A DNA stretch of 64,000 nt, from assembly GCA_038046005.1 (NCBI GenBank), contig JBBSXB010000001.1, forward strand, positions 96,001 to 160,000, written 5' to 3'. Below are positions 11,098 to 20,874 of this stretch, piece by piece. This DNA is from Nanobdellota archaeon (GTDB lineage Archaea > Nanobdellota > Nanobdellia > Pacearchaeales > GW2011-AR1). The first letter of the stretch is position 1; every line of letters begins with the position of its first letter. The notes beneath the pieces were generated by a model that was not told the DNA's origin, ran no database searches, and saw nothing but the letters and a program-made list of their open reading frames with translations. A program made the position numbers and the translations under genes.

Positions 11098-12459
11098 CTA
11101 ATTAAAAGGCAGCTGATATTTTTTAAACCGCGACCATAGAACTAACATTCCCAAATAAAAAAGATTGCTGATTACTGTAGAGACAGTAACTCCATACACT
11201 TTGGCTAGGCTTCCAGAAGAAGCTAAAAGAAAAATAGCTGCTATGTTTAGTAAGATATTTAAGATTATTGAAAAGACTAGTGAAAAAATAACTTTTCGCA
11301 GTTTTCCCTGTGAAATGTAAAGAGAAGAATAAAGTGAGATTATCGGGGATATCAACAGCACGACAGAGAATATTCTAAGAATGTTTGCTGATGAAATGTA
11401 TTCTTCGCCAAAAATGATTTTTACTAAAAGAGGAGAAAAAACTAAAGTGAATAAAAATGCGAATATTCCAAGCAAAATGGTAATATTACGAGCTTTTTGA
11501 AACCCTTTATATAATCTTTTGCCTTTCAATTTTATAAATAGGGGAAAAAGAACACTTGAGAATGTTAACAGAGGGATAGCAGAAGTAATCAAACTCAAAG
11601 CTGCCCTGTAGTAGGCAATAAATTCTGCGTCAACGAATCTCCCGAGAATTATTATGTCTATATAACCAAACAAAAGCCCAGAGAGAGTTAAAGCAGATAA
11701 AGATATGATAAATTTGTTAACAATACTCTTTTCATTTTTTTTCAATCCATCATTTCTTTTTTTTAGAAAGTTAATTTCTTTTTTGGCACTAAAAAAAATA
11801 TACAAAAACACAGTCAAATAGGAAAAAGAAAGTCCAAGGATTACTGAGGCTATCAAAATATCCGAAGAAAGACGTGATATAAAAAGTAGTATTAGTAATG
11901 GCACTATGATAAGACGTAAAACTTGAAAAATAATTTCTTGGAAAAGACCTTTTTTAAAATTGTTTAAAGCCGGAAAAAGGCTTGCAAAAAGAGAATTCAG
12001 AGAATTAAAAGCGATATAAAAGCTTCCAGCAATTAAAGCATAAAATATGGGTTTTTCATAGTAATAATTTGCTATAAAATATGATAATAAGATCATAATG
12101 AGGATTAATGAGGAGGTTAGAATAACTTTAGTTTTTAATAAGTAAGAAAAATATGCTTTAGACTTTTTTTCAGCCCTTGATGAAACGACGAATTTTATTA
12201 AAGTTTGCCCAATACCGAGATCAGAAAATAATGCAAAAAGAGATATTGTTGAAAGTGCTAAAGAATACAACCCAAAAAGTTCAGGCATTAACAATCTTGC
12301 AGTAATTATCGTAAATATCAGAGAGCCTATTTTAGAAACTAAAATTGTTGCGGTGGTCCAGCCTGAATTTTTAATTGCCTGGCCGGTATTGCCAGAAAAA
12401 TTTCGCTTCTTTATCCTTATCAACACATCTTGCAAAAAAAAAGGTGTTTTTTTTAACAT
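11098..12459 (-). CDS. Oligosaccharide flippase (Wzx/MOP family)
   Basis: About 12 hydrophobic segments; ARLLMPELFGLYS and DLGI motifs. Confidence 0.88.
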   Translation of the reverse strand: MLKKTPFFLQDVLIRIKKRNFSGNTGQAIKNSGWTTATILVSKIGSLIFTIITARLLMPELFGLYSLALSTISLFALFSDLGIGQTLIKFVVSSRAEKKSKAYFSYLLKTKVILTSSLILIMILLSYFIANYYYEKPIFYALIAGSFYIAFNSLNSLFASLFPALNNFKKGLFQEIIFQVLRLIIVPLLILLFISRLSSDILIASVILGLSFSYLTVFLYIFFSAKKEINFLKKRNDGLKKNEKSIVNKFIISLSALTLSGLLFGYIDIIILGRFVDAEFIAYYRAALSLITSAIPLLTFSSVLFPLFIKLKGKRLYKGFQKARNITILLGIFAFLFTLVFSPLLVKIIFGEEYISSANILRIFSVVLLISPIISLYSSLYISQGKLRKVIFSLVFSIILNILLNIAAIFLLASSGSLAKVYGVTVSTVISNLFYLGMLVLWSRFKKYQLPFN

Positions 12460-12524
12460 AATTTAAACAAAAGCTTAACACTTTAAAAAATGATCTTATT
12501 ATAAATAATGTTTTTTTCTATATT

Positions 12525-13319
12525 TCACTCTTCAATTTTTCTTATAAGGTCTGTAAATGCAGGTCTTGTGATTAAGACACCTGCGGTGATTCCTATTAAT
12601 GTTGTAACTGCAAAACCTTTAAGCAAGCCTGCTCCAGCCCACAATAAAGGCAACAATGAAACAAAAACAGTGAAATAAGAACCGAGTATAATTGCAAATG
12701 CTCTCTTCATTTTTTCTTTAAGACTAAGGACCTTTCCATGTTTAGCCTCATCTATGACCACAATTTGCTGATCGACTCCAGTACCAATAGTTGCAAGTAT
12801 TCCTGCAATTCCGGGAAGGTCAATATTCCATTTTATCAAAGCAGCAATTCCCAGAATTATTATCACTTCAGAAAAGCTTGTCAACAACAATGCAAGAGAA
12901 GTTTTGATTTTTTTGTATCTTACAAAGATTATTATAGAGACTGCCAAGAAAGAGGCGATGCCTGTAATAAAAATGGCCCGTGTAAAATCCTTTCCATCAT
13001 TATCTCCTTGGTACATACATCCGCTGCCAAGATGAACAAAGTAAATTCTTCTTAGTGCACATTCTGTGGATAAGTTTATCGCAGCGCTTACATTTGACTG
13101 TAGAGTTTCCTCTTTATGTTTTTCACACCAGTCAATGTTGGGTTTACCAGTTTTGCCAATAGCATTTATAACAACTGATGGTTTTGTTTCATCTAAGAAA
13201 GAGGCTAGATCTTTAATATTCGTTGGATCGACAATTTCTCGGTCAACTATTTCATAACCTAAACTGCTAGAAATTCTCGTACCCAAAAATCCTTTGCCAA
13301 AAACAATTTGTTCATCCAT
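12525..13319 (-). pseudogene. Chimeric ORF: N-terminal half of an RmlD-like NDP-sugar epimerase/reductase fused in frame to a second SecD C-terminal membrane domain
   Basis: Residues 1-108 (GKGFLG, INAIGKTGKPNIDWCE, HLGSGCMY) are RmlD-like. From GKDF (about nt 12995) the sequence aligns without gaps to the last 156 aa of SecD at 14422-15942. Confidence 0.85.
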
Positions 13320-14326
13320 CTTTCAAAGGTCTCCACCAAGATTCATTTTCTCTATACCATTCCACTAAATTTTTTAAACCTGTGTTAAAATCTGAATGTT
13401 TTGGCTCAAAACCTAGCCCTCTAAATTTTGAATCATCTATAGAATATCTAAAATCATGACCCTTTCTGTGATCTACTCTTTGCACCATTTCTTCACCAAC
13501 CCCAAATATATCGAGAAGTGTTTTAGTAACGTCAGTATTTGTTCTCTCATTTCTTCCCGCAATGTTATAAATTTCTCCAGGTTTTCCTTTTTGGGATAGA
13601 TGTCATATTGCTCTACAGTTATCCTTTACATCCAGCCAATCTCTAACATTTAATCCAGGATTTTCTAGAGACCACATCAAGGGAACTTTCTTTCCATCAA
13701 TAAGATGTGTTATAAACAAAGGTAAAAATTTTTCAGGAAATTGAAAAGGGCCGTAGTTGTTTGCACTTCTTGTCACAATTACTGGAAGGCCATGAGTATA
13801 AAAATAAGATCTTGCAAGATGCTCCGCTGCTGCCTTTGTTGCAGAATAAGGGCTTCTAAGGTTTAGCACATCACCTTCTTTTGAAGATGGGCTAAACTCA
13901 TCTAGACTTCCATACACTTCGTCTGTTGAAACTTGTAAAAAAAGACTAACATTACTTTTCAAAGAAGCTTCTAATAGATTACGCGTACCCCTAACATTTG
14001 TTTCAACAAAAGAAGAAGAATCACCAATACATCTGTCAACATGAGTTTCTGCCGCAAAATGAAAAACTATATTAGGTTTATATTCATTAAAAATTTCAGA
14101 CACTTCTGGTGAACAAATGTCTACTTGCTTGAATTTATATCTTGATCGCTTCCCAGTCCCAAGGCCTAATATGCATGCACTCTAAATTTCTTCCCTGCCC
14201 CGCGTATGTTAGATTATCAACATTGCAAACTTGGTTTTCTTCTTTAAATTCTGGGTCGTGAAGTAAATACTCAATAAAGTTGCTCCCTATAAACCCGCTT
14301 CCGCCTGTGACTAGAATTCTTGGCAT
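13312..14326 (-). pseudogene. rmlB: dTDP-glucose 4,6-dehydratase, disrupted
   Basis: MPRILVTGGSGFIG starts at 14326. There is a frame break at about 14140-14180, then HFAAETHVD, STDEVYG, YSATK and FPEKFLP. An in-frame TGA sits at 13603-13605 (RAI*HLSQKG); the frame continues through RKGHDFRYSID to WWRPLKDG* at 13312. Confidence 0.9.
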
Positions 14327-14421
14327 TTTAAAAGCCAACAAAAAAAACTATTTAAAGTATTATGTAGCAGGAATATATATTATTCACTTCTAGATTTTAT
14401 TCTACAAAATCAGCTATTTTT

Positions 14422-15942
14422 CTATTCGTGTATCCTTCTAACAATATCTGCAAATGCGGGCCTCGTGATCAATATTCCAACAGTAACACTTAGTATAGTT
14501 GTTAAAGCAAATCCTTTTAACATTCCTGCCCCTGCCCAAAATAAAGGGAGCATTGCTGCTATAATTGTGAAGAAAGCTCCAAAAATAATGAACAGGGCCC
14601 TTTTTATCCTTTCTTTTGCACTTAAATGTTTATTAGAAGTAGCTTCATCTAGTATAACAATTTGGTCGTTTACCCCCGTTCCCATTCCAGCTATTATTCC
14701 CGCGATACTTGGAGCGTCTAAATTCCAGCCTATTAAAGCAGCAATTCCCAAAGTTATGAATGCTTCTGAGAACATTGTTAAGATTACAGAAAGGGTTAAT
14801 TTTATTTTCCTGTATCTAACAAATAAAATAATTGAGATTATTACAAATACTAAAATTCCCAAAAAGATTATGTTCTTGGTAAACTCTTTCCCAAGATTAG
14901 GAGATAAAGTGTCCAGCTTGACAATTTCCAGTTTATAAGGAAGACTCCCAGTTATCAGTATAGTTTGAAGATTATGCATTGATTCTTCAGCAGCAGTATA
15001 AGCATCTTCTTCTGTTGCACCAGAGCCAGAACCAGAAATAGATATTTGTGTTGTGACTCTTCCCTTAAGGCTGTCCCCAATTAAAAGAGTGTCAACAAGA
15101 TTGTCATCTAGATAAAGGTCTAAATTTTTAGACAAATAACTTCCCTGCGCAGTTAAGTTTACGCTAAGATTTTTTGTTAAGTCAGCATGTCTTTGTGCTG
15201 CTTGTTCACTTAGATAAACTGAAAATCTGAAACTACAGAAAAATCCTCCAGATTGCGAGGGAAAACAGCTTTCCACTCCTGCACAAGTTGCATCATTTCT
15301 GCAAACAGAGGTTATGTCTTTGTCTCCGCCTACAAAAGCGGTGTCGTTCCCTATTTTAGCTTCAAATTTCCCTTGTTGGGAAATAAGAGTTTCCAAATCT
15401 TTAGGTGTTGCACCAGCTATTTCAATTAATACAAAATTATTTCCGCTCAAATCTGAAACTGGAGCAATAACCACATCCGCAATTCCATAAACATTAAACC
15501 TATTACTGATTACATCCACAAGATCTGTCATTTCTGAAGAAGTAAGATCTTTCTCCTTGGCTTTTATCAAAGCCCTAGACCCTCCAGAGAGATCAAGTCC
15601 CGTCTTGATATTTGTTTTAGGGATAGAAGAGACTGTTAAACCCAAAGATTGATTAGAGTAAACAATAAACTCTCCCTCATTTGTTGTTATTATTGTTTTT
15701 AAATATTGATTTGAATAATTTTTAGCGCCGACAATTTTGGAAAAATCTTCTACACTAGAAATTTTTTCACCATCAATAAAAGTAATAACCTGGCCCTGCC
15801 TAAGCCCCTCCGATAATTCTGTGGAATTTCTTTCAACACTTGTTATCACAACCCCCTTTTCTAAAGACTTCCAAGGAGCGATTATTAAAAAGGCCAAAAG
15901 TAAAACAGTTAGCAAAATCCAAATCCTAAGCCCTAATTTCAT
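14422..15942 (-). CDS. secD: Protein translocase subunit SecD
   Basis: TGLDLSGG, GKFEAKI and C-terminal TM block (GTGVNDQIVI..ITRPAF); adjacent to secF. Confidence 0.93.
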   Translation of the reverse strand: MKLGLRIWILLTVLLLAFLIIAPWKSLEKGVVITSVERNSTELSEGLRQGQVITFIDGEKISSVEDFSKIVGAKNYSNQYLKTIITTNEGEFIVYSNQSLGLTVSSIPKTNIKTGLDLSGGSRALIKAKEKDLTSSEMTDLVDVISNRFNVYGIADVVIAPVSDLSGNNFVLIEIAGATPKDLETLISQQGKFEAKIGNDTAFVGGDKDITSVCRNDATCAGVESCFPSQSGGFFCSFRFSVYLSEQAAQRHADLTKNLSVNLTAQGSYLSKNLDLYLDDNLVDTLLIGDSLKGRVTTQISISGSGSGATEEDAYTAAEESMHNLQTILITGSLPYKLEIVKLDTLSPNLGKEFTKNIIFLGILVFVIISIILFVRYRKIKLTLSVILTMFSEAFITLGIAALIGWNLDAPSIAGIIAGMGTGVNDQIVILDEATSNKHLSAKERIKRALFIIFGAFFTIIAAMLPLFWAGAGMLKGFALTTILSVTVGILITRPAFADIVRRIHE

Positions 15943-16892
15943 TTTATTCCTCTTTTGTCACAGTACCATTTAATTATACTGGCGTTTGTGAGCCATGTGT
16001 TGAAGATATCTGCGCATAAACCGATAGCCAGTATTAAAAAAATCTGCCTAAATGAATCTGGAAGACCGGTGACTAGGAAAAAAGCAGGAAGTACGGCTGC
16101 CAAGGCAGTTAAAGTCATTAATATACCTGTTTTGAATGCACCGTAAATTCTTTTGTTCAAAGAATCTTCATGAGATTTTAATGCCCTAGATGTTAGCAAT
16201 ATGTCTGTATCAACAGAATAACCTATAAGCATTAAGAAAGCTGCAATTCCTGCGGCAGATATTTTTACCTCGAAAAAGTTTAATACTGCTAAAGGCATAA
16301 CTATGTCTGCAAAGACTGCAAATATGACTGCAATGCTTGGAATAAATGTTCTAAAAAGAAATAATATAACAAAAGACATTAAGATAAATGATATTATAAG
16401 AGCCATTATTAATTGCTTGTAAAAACCTTGACTCAAAGTTGATCCGGTAAACTCTATTGTAGAATTTGCATCTGTTAATTCATAACCAAGTACTTTTTCA
16501 ATTTCTAGTTTTAATGTTTGTGGTTCTGCCGAGCTTTCAATTATTAGTGCAATTTGTTTTTGGGATGTAATATCACTAAGACTTGTGAATGATACATCTG
16601 GAAATTTTGTTTTTAGTCCTGTTTCTAAGACTTCCCTGTTTATGTTTCCTTGCAATGTTATGGATGACCCACCTGAGAGAGAAACATCTTTGTAAATGAA
16701 ATCGCCATGATTTTGATAGAATATAACTAAATAGACCAGACATAAAGCCAGGACAATTAGAGGAATTAAAAGCAGAGTCTTATGGTGTTTGTCATACCAA
16801 TGTTTATGTTCTTTGAATGTTTTATGTTTTTGCTCTTGCGCATGCTCTTTTTTTTCTTCTGTTTTTTCCGCGTGTTGCTCGCTGTTTTCCAT
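15939..16892 (-). CDS. secF: Protein translocase subunit SecF
   Basis: DVSLSGG and LMLIGYSVDTDILLT motifs. Confidence 0.93.
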   Translation of the reverse strand: MENSEQHAEKTEEKKEHAQEQKHKTFKEHKHWYDKHHKTLLLIPLIVLALCLVYLVIFYQNHGDFIYKDVSLSGGSSITLQGNINREVLETGLKTKFPDVSFTSLSDITSQKQIALIIESSAEPQTLKLEIEKVLGYELTDANSTIEFTGSTLSQGFYKQLIMALIISFILMSFVILFLFRTFIPSIAVIFAVFADIVMPLAVLNFFEVKISAAGIAAFLMLIGYSVDTDILLTSRALKSHEDSLNKRIYGAFKTGILMTLTALAAVLPAFFLVTGLPDSFRQIFLILAIGLCADIFNTWLTNASIIKWYCDKRGIK

Positions 16893-16921
16893 TTTTTAAT
16901 ATAATAAATTGCCTTATTAAA

Positions 16922-16992
16922 TGCGCCGGCCGGGAGTCGAACCCGGGCAATTTGCTTGGAAGGCAAATGTCATACCGTTAGACCACCAGCGC
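16922..16992 (-). tRNA. tRNA-Gly(TCC)
   Basis: GCGCTGG acceptor stem, anticodon arm TTTGC-CTTCCAA-GCAAA, T arm GGTTCGACTCC. Confidence 0.95.
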
Positions 16993-17046
16993 GAGTAAAT
17001 TACAAATATAGCAGCGAAAAACAAGTTTTAAAGGTTTTCTGTAAAG

Positions 17047-17475
17047 TTAAAGAATATTGTGCTTCTTGAGAAATTCCAGATGAGTGGGAATTATATTATT
17101 TATTTCATTTTTTGTAAGAATTAACTCGCTCGCCTCATCATTAAGGAAAATTTTTCCGGGTTTTAATCCACAAAGAAAAACCAGTGAAATTGCATGCTGA
17201 CCGCCCCTTTTCCAATCATCAAATTCCATAAATCCTAAAAATTTTTTAACATCTAAACCAATTCCTAACTCTCTGCCTGAAATTCTTTGAATTGATTCTT
17301 GGACAATTTCACCAAACAAGACAGTTCCTCCAGGAAGATGCCATTTTCCTAAGTAGGGAGGGATTGACCTTTTAGTTAGTAAAATTCCTTCTTTGCTTTT
17401 TATAATTAGATCAACACAAAGTCTGGGAACCTTTGAGTAAATTTCCTTAAATTCTTCAGGCGAAAGTTTTTTCAT
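17047..17475 (-). CDS. NUDIX hydrolase (GDP-mannose mannosyl hydrolase-like)
   Basis: PRLCVDLII and WHLPGG..GE...RISGRELG, a modified Nudix box. Confidence 0.85.
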   Translation of the reverse strand: MKKLSPEEFKEIYSKVPRLCVDLIIKSKEGILLTKRSIPPYLGKWHLPGGTVLFGEIVQESIQRISGRELGIGLDVKKFLGFMEFDDWKRGGQHAISLVFLCGLKPGKIFLNDEASELILTKNEINNIIPTHLEFLKKHNIL

Positions 17476-17508
17476 TCTACGAAGATGAAAATTTATTTTA
17501 AATAATTA

Positions 17509-17583
17509 TGCCCGAGACAGGAGTTGAACCTGCGACCCCAAGGTTAGGAACCTTGTGCTCTATCCAGGCTGAGCTACCCGGGC
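17509..17583 (-). tRNA. tRNA-Arg(CCT)
   Basis: GCCCGGG..CTCGGGCA acceptor; anticodon arm CAAGG-TTCCTAA-CCTTG. Confidence 0.95.
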
Positions 17584-17593
17584 TTAAACTAAA

Positions 17594-17677
17594 TGCGGAG
17601 TACAGGATTTGAACCTGCGCAGGCACTAAGCCAATGGAGCCTTAATCCATCCCATTTGACCACTCTGGCAACTCCGC
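17594..17677 (-). tRNA. tRNA-Leu(AAG)
   Basis: GCGGAGT/ACTCCGC-A acceptor, long variable arm, anticodon arm ATGGA-TTAAGGC-TCCAT, T arm GGTTCAAATCC. Confidence 0.9.
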
Positions 17678-17773
17678 GTAAAAACCTACGGTTTTTTATC
17701 CCTCAAGCAACTTCCTCTCTTTGCCTCCAAAGGAAGTTTTAACAAAATTATCAAATATTAGCTGTATAAAAAG

Positions 17774-17783
17774 CTTTATAAAT
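17774..17783 (+). promoter_or_regulatory. TATA box (with A-rich BRE upstream) of the 5S rRNA gene
   Basis: AAAAAG-CTTTATAAAT about 25 nt upstream of the 5S 5' end. Confidence 0.6.
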
Positions 17784-17803
17784 GCTATAAATCATAAACT
17801 TTT

Positions 17804-17917
17804 GGAGACGGCCATAGTAGATTGGAAACACCTGGTCTCTTTCCGAACCCAGAAGTTAAGCTTTCTACGCCGTTGGTGTTAGTGGCCGAAAAGCTGCGAA
17901 GCTTCGGTGCTGTCTCT
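17804..17917 (+). rRNA. rrf: 5S rRNA, stand-alone
   Basis: GAGACGGC/GCTGTCTC terminal helix, GGCCATAG, CACCTGGT..TTCCGAACCCAGAAGTTAAG core and TTAGT loop E region. Confidence 0.9.
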
Positions 17918-17919
17918 CA

Positions 17920-17930
17920 TTTTTTTTCTT
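17920..17930 (+). terminator. Oligo-T terminator after 5S rRNA
   Basis: T8-C-TT tract directly after the 3' helix. Confidence 0.55.
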
Positions 17931-17973
17931 AAGTTTTCGCAAAGAATATAAAATAGTTTTAATTGATATAATA

Positions 17974-18285
17974 ATGAAGAAAAAAATAACAAAAAAAGAA
18001 GCTGAGAAACAAGTAGAAGAATTCTTCCATAATATTCATGAAAAAAGTTCTAAGGATGTCAAAAAAATAAAAAGACTTGCAATGTCATACAATATAAAAC
18101 TTGGAGAAAAAAGAAAATTATTCTGCAAAGAGTGCTTTACCCCTTACAAAGAACCAAGTGTTAGAATCAAAAATGATTTTATAACAATAACCTGCGACAA
18201 GTGTGAGCATAAAAACAGATGGAAATTTGAAGGGGAATTAGACCTTAGCTCAATGACTCATGAAGAAGATGAATGTGAGTGTTGA
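17974..18285 (+). CDS. rnp4: Ribonuclease P protein component 4 (Rpp21)
   Basis: KRLAMSYNIKL..KRKLFCKEC...ITCDKC zinc ribbon. Confidence 0.8.
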   Translation: MKKKITKKEAEKQVEEFFHNIHEKSSKDVKKIKRLAMSYNIKLGEKRKLFCKECFTPYKEPSVRIKNDFITITCDKCEHKNRWKFEGELDLSSMTHEEDECEC

Positions 18286-18486
18286 CTAACTCTTCTTGAA
18301 TTTTCCAATCAATTCTATGTAATCAGCTTGTCCTAGCAACATTGATCTGCAGCAATATCTTTCAATTCCGAGTTCTTCGAAAACTTTTTGAGCAGACTCT
18401 CCGTTTTCATTAACTCTTTTCTTGAATTCTTCCCATAAATGTCCTATGGGTTTACCGCATGAAAAGCATCTGACTGGAACTATCAT
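18286..18486 (-). CDS. rpoN: RNA polymerase subunit N (Rpo10)
   Basis: MIVPVRCFSCGK...RYCCRSM. Confidence 0.97.
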   Translation of the reverse strand: MIVPVRCFSCGKPIGHLWEEFKKRVNENGESAQKVFEELGIERYCCRSMLLGQADYIELIGKFKKS

Positions 18487-18560
18487 AATAATAAACCTGG
18501 ATGTTGGTTTTTAAAGTTTACTATAGATAACTTTAAATAAAATGAGTGAAAAATAATATC

Positions 18561-19303
18561 ATGACTCCAGACAAGTTAATAGAACTAAAAAATGTTGCAA
18601 AGTATTATGAGATGGGCTAGGCGACAGTCAAGGCTCTTGACTCCATTAATTTAGTAATAGAAAAGGGGATTTTGTCGCAATTATGGGGCCCAGCGGATCT
18701 GGAAAAAGCACAGCAATGAATCTAACAGGAAGTCTTGATTTGGCGACGAAAGGAGATATTTTTCTTTCCAATGAAAACATTGAAGATATGACTGAATCTG
18801 AACTGGCACAGCTGCGCGGGAAAAAAATAGGATTGATTTTTCAGCAATTTAACCTTATCCCAAATTTAACTGCGAAAGAAAATATAATGCTGCCAATGTT
18901 ATTCCAGGGCATTAGCAAAGACGAAAGAGAAAGAAAAGCTAAAGAACTTTTGAAGCTTGTAGAATTGACCGACAGAGAAGAACATTACCCAAACCAGCTT
19001 TCCGGAGGGCAGCAACAAAGAGTGGCGATTGCTCGTTCTTTGGCTAATGATCCAGAGATAATTTTAGCAGATGAGCCCACGGGAAATTTAGACAGCAAGA
19101 CCGGTAAAAAAGTCATGGAATTTCTAAAAAAACTTAATGAAAAAGATAGAACAATAATAATTGTGACGCACGATCCAAATTTAGCTAGAGAGTATGCAAA
19201 AACAATTTATTCTCTAAGAGATGGAGTAATTGAGTCAGTTGAGAGAAAAACAAAAAATTCTTGGAAAAAAATAAGGGAAGAGAAAAACAAAAAAGGGGGA
19301 TAA
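18561..19303 (+). pseudogene. LolD/SalX-type ABC transporter ATPase, disrupted near the 5' end
   Basis: ATG 18561 reads MTPDKLIELKNVAKYYEMG, then TAG at 18618-18620 and a frameshift in AAAAGGGG (about 18661-18668) before GPSGSGKST. LSGGQ and DEPTG are intact. Confidence 0.85.
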
Positions 19304-19338
19304 ACTGTCAAAATTGATTCTGGCTTTTAATTTTTACA

Positions 19339-20557
19339 ATGATTAAAGATTATTTTACACTTGCTTTTGGGAGTGTCAGGCATAGGGGGTTAAGAAGTTG
19401 GCTCACGATGCTTGGGGTTTTTATTGGAATCGCTGCAGTTGTTTCATTAATCTCCATGGGCCAAGGATTGAAAACAGCCGTTACTGGCCAATTTGGAGCT
19501 TTATCAGTTGACAAATTAACTATCCAGAACAAAGGAACAGCATTTGGGCCTCCTGGAAGCACTGTTGTTGAAAAATTAAATGACGGGGATGTAAGAATAA
19601 TAACAGAGGCTAGGGGGGTTGATAAAGTGGTCACGAGGCTGATAAGAGTTGTAAATTTAGAGTATAATAAAGTTGCAGAGTTTACGTATATGGGAGACAT
19701 TCCCAATACTCAAGAAGGAGCAAATTTGGTTTATACAAGTCTTAATGTTGGCGCAAAAGAAGGCAGACTTTTAAAACCTGATGACAGTGGAAAAGTCTTA
19801 TTGGGAAATAATTTTGAAAACAACCAAAATTTTGGGAAGAAAGTTCAAGTTGGGAAAACAATAAAATTAAACGGAAAAGATTTTGAGATTGTTGGAATTC
19901 TTGAGAAAAGCAGCAGTTTACAAATTAATGGAGTAGCTTTAACCACAACTAAAGATTTGGAAGATTTGCTCAATATAAAAAATGAGTATGATTTGATTAT
20001 TGCACAGGTAACAGATCAAAATGAGATAGAAAGTGTTGCAGCAGATATTGAGAACAGACTAAGAAAAGCTCGGAATGAAAAAGTTGGGGAAGAAAGTTTT
20101 AGTGTACAAACGCCCATTGAGGCATTGGGTTCTGTCACAACTATACTAGATATTGTCAACATAGTGGTTGTGGGTATTGCAATGATTTCATTGCTCGTCG
20201 GAGGAATTGGAATTGCAAACACAATGTACACAAGTGTAATTGAGAGGAGAAAACAAATAGGCGTAATGAAAGCTGTTGGAGCAAGAAATAAAGATATTTT
20301 ACATATTTTTGATTGAGTCTGGGCTTTTGGGTTTCACTGGAGCAGCTATGGGGGTTTTATTGGGATTTTTAGCGAGCAAAATGATAGAGTACATTGCAAT
20401 TAATATGTTAAAAACAAATTTGCTTCAAGTTGCCGCGCCAGTTTACCTTATTTTAGGGTGTTTAACTTTTGGTTTTTTAATTGGGGCTATATCTGGGACT
20501 TTCCCAGCAATAAGAGCGTCAAAAGTTAACATTGTTGATGCTTTGCGTTACGAATAA
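19339..20557 (+). pseudogene. MacB/FtsX-type ABC permease, frameshifted at about 20295-20310
   Basis: RSWLTMLGVFIGIAAVV and GIANTMYTSVIERRKQIGVMKAVGA are in one frame; the continuation YIFLIESGLLG...DALRYE is in the next frame. Confidence 0.85.
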
Positions 20558-20644
20558 TTAAAAAATATTAACAAACAGTGAACACAAATCTTTATAAATA
20601 GGATTTTACTTTGAAAGACTAATAAAAAGAAGTTGGAAAATAAA

Positions 20645-20836
20645 ATGAAAAAGTGTATTTATTGCAGTGCCGAAATTCCTTCTGAGAGTGTAATTGATTT
20701 CTGCCACAGATGTGGTGTTGGTGTTTGGGGAGAAAAAATGTTCAAAGCAATACTTCAAAATATGGAGGATGCAAGAGCTAAAGGAGACCTTTGTGATCCT
20801 GGAAACACAAGAGGCGAGATTTCTGGAAGAAGATAA
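20645..20836 (+). CDS. Small zinc-finger-like protein
   Basis: CIYC...CHRC; TATA-like TTTATAAA upstream at about 20591. Confidence 0.6.
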   Translation: MKKCIYCSAEIPSESVIDFCHRCGVGVWGEKMFKAILQNMEDARAKGDLCDPGNTRGEISGRR

Positions 20837-20874
20837 ATCAATAGTTTTTTAAAGGAACTTTTTCTGACTAATTC

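Noticed and set aside
14465-14938. Long antisense ORFs (also 56587-57126, 50029-50454, 47927-48340 and similar)
   Set aside because: Shadow frames opposite well-supported genes.
17709-17738. AACTTCCT-N14-AGGAAGTT inverted repeat between tRNA-Leu and 5S, and an imperfect hairpin at 23538-23578
   Set aside because: Single instances with no second copy recognised in the window; function cannot be assigned.
17804-17917. Unlinked 5S rRNA as a novelty
   Set aside because: Dispersed rRNA genes are common in archaea, including DPANN.
13603-18620. In-frame TGA (rmlB) and TAG (ABC ATPase) as signs of stop-codon reassignment
   Set aside because: TGA and TAG end many intact core genes here (rps13, rpoF, polC), and both affected genes also carry frameshifts.
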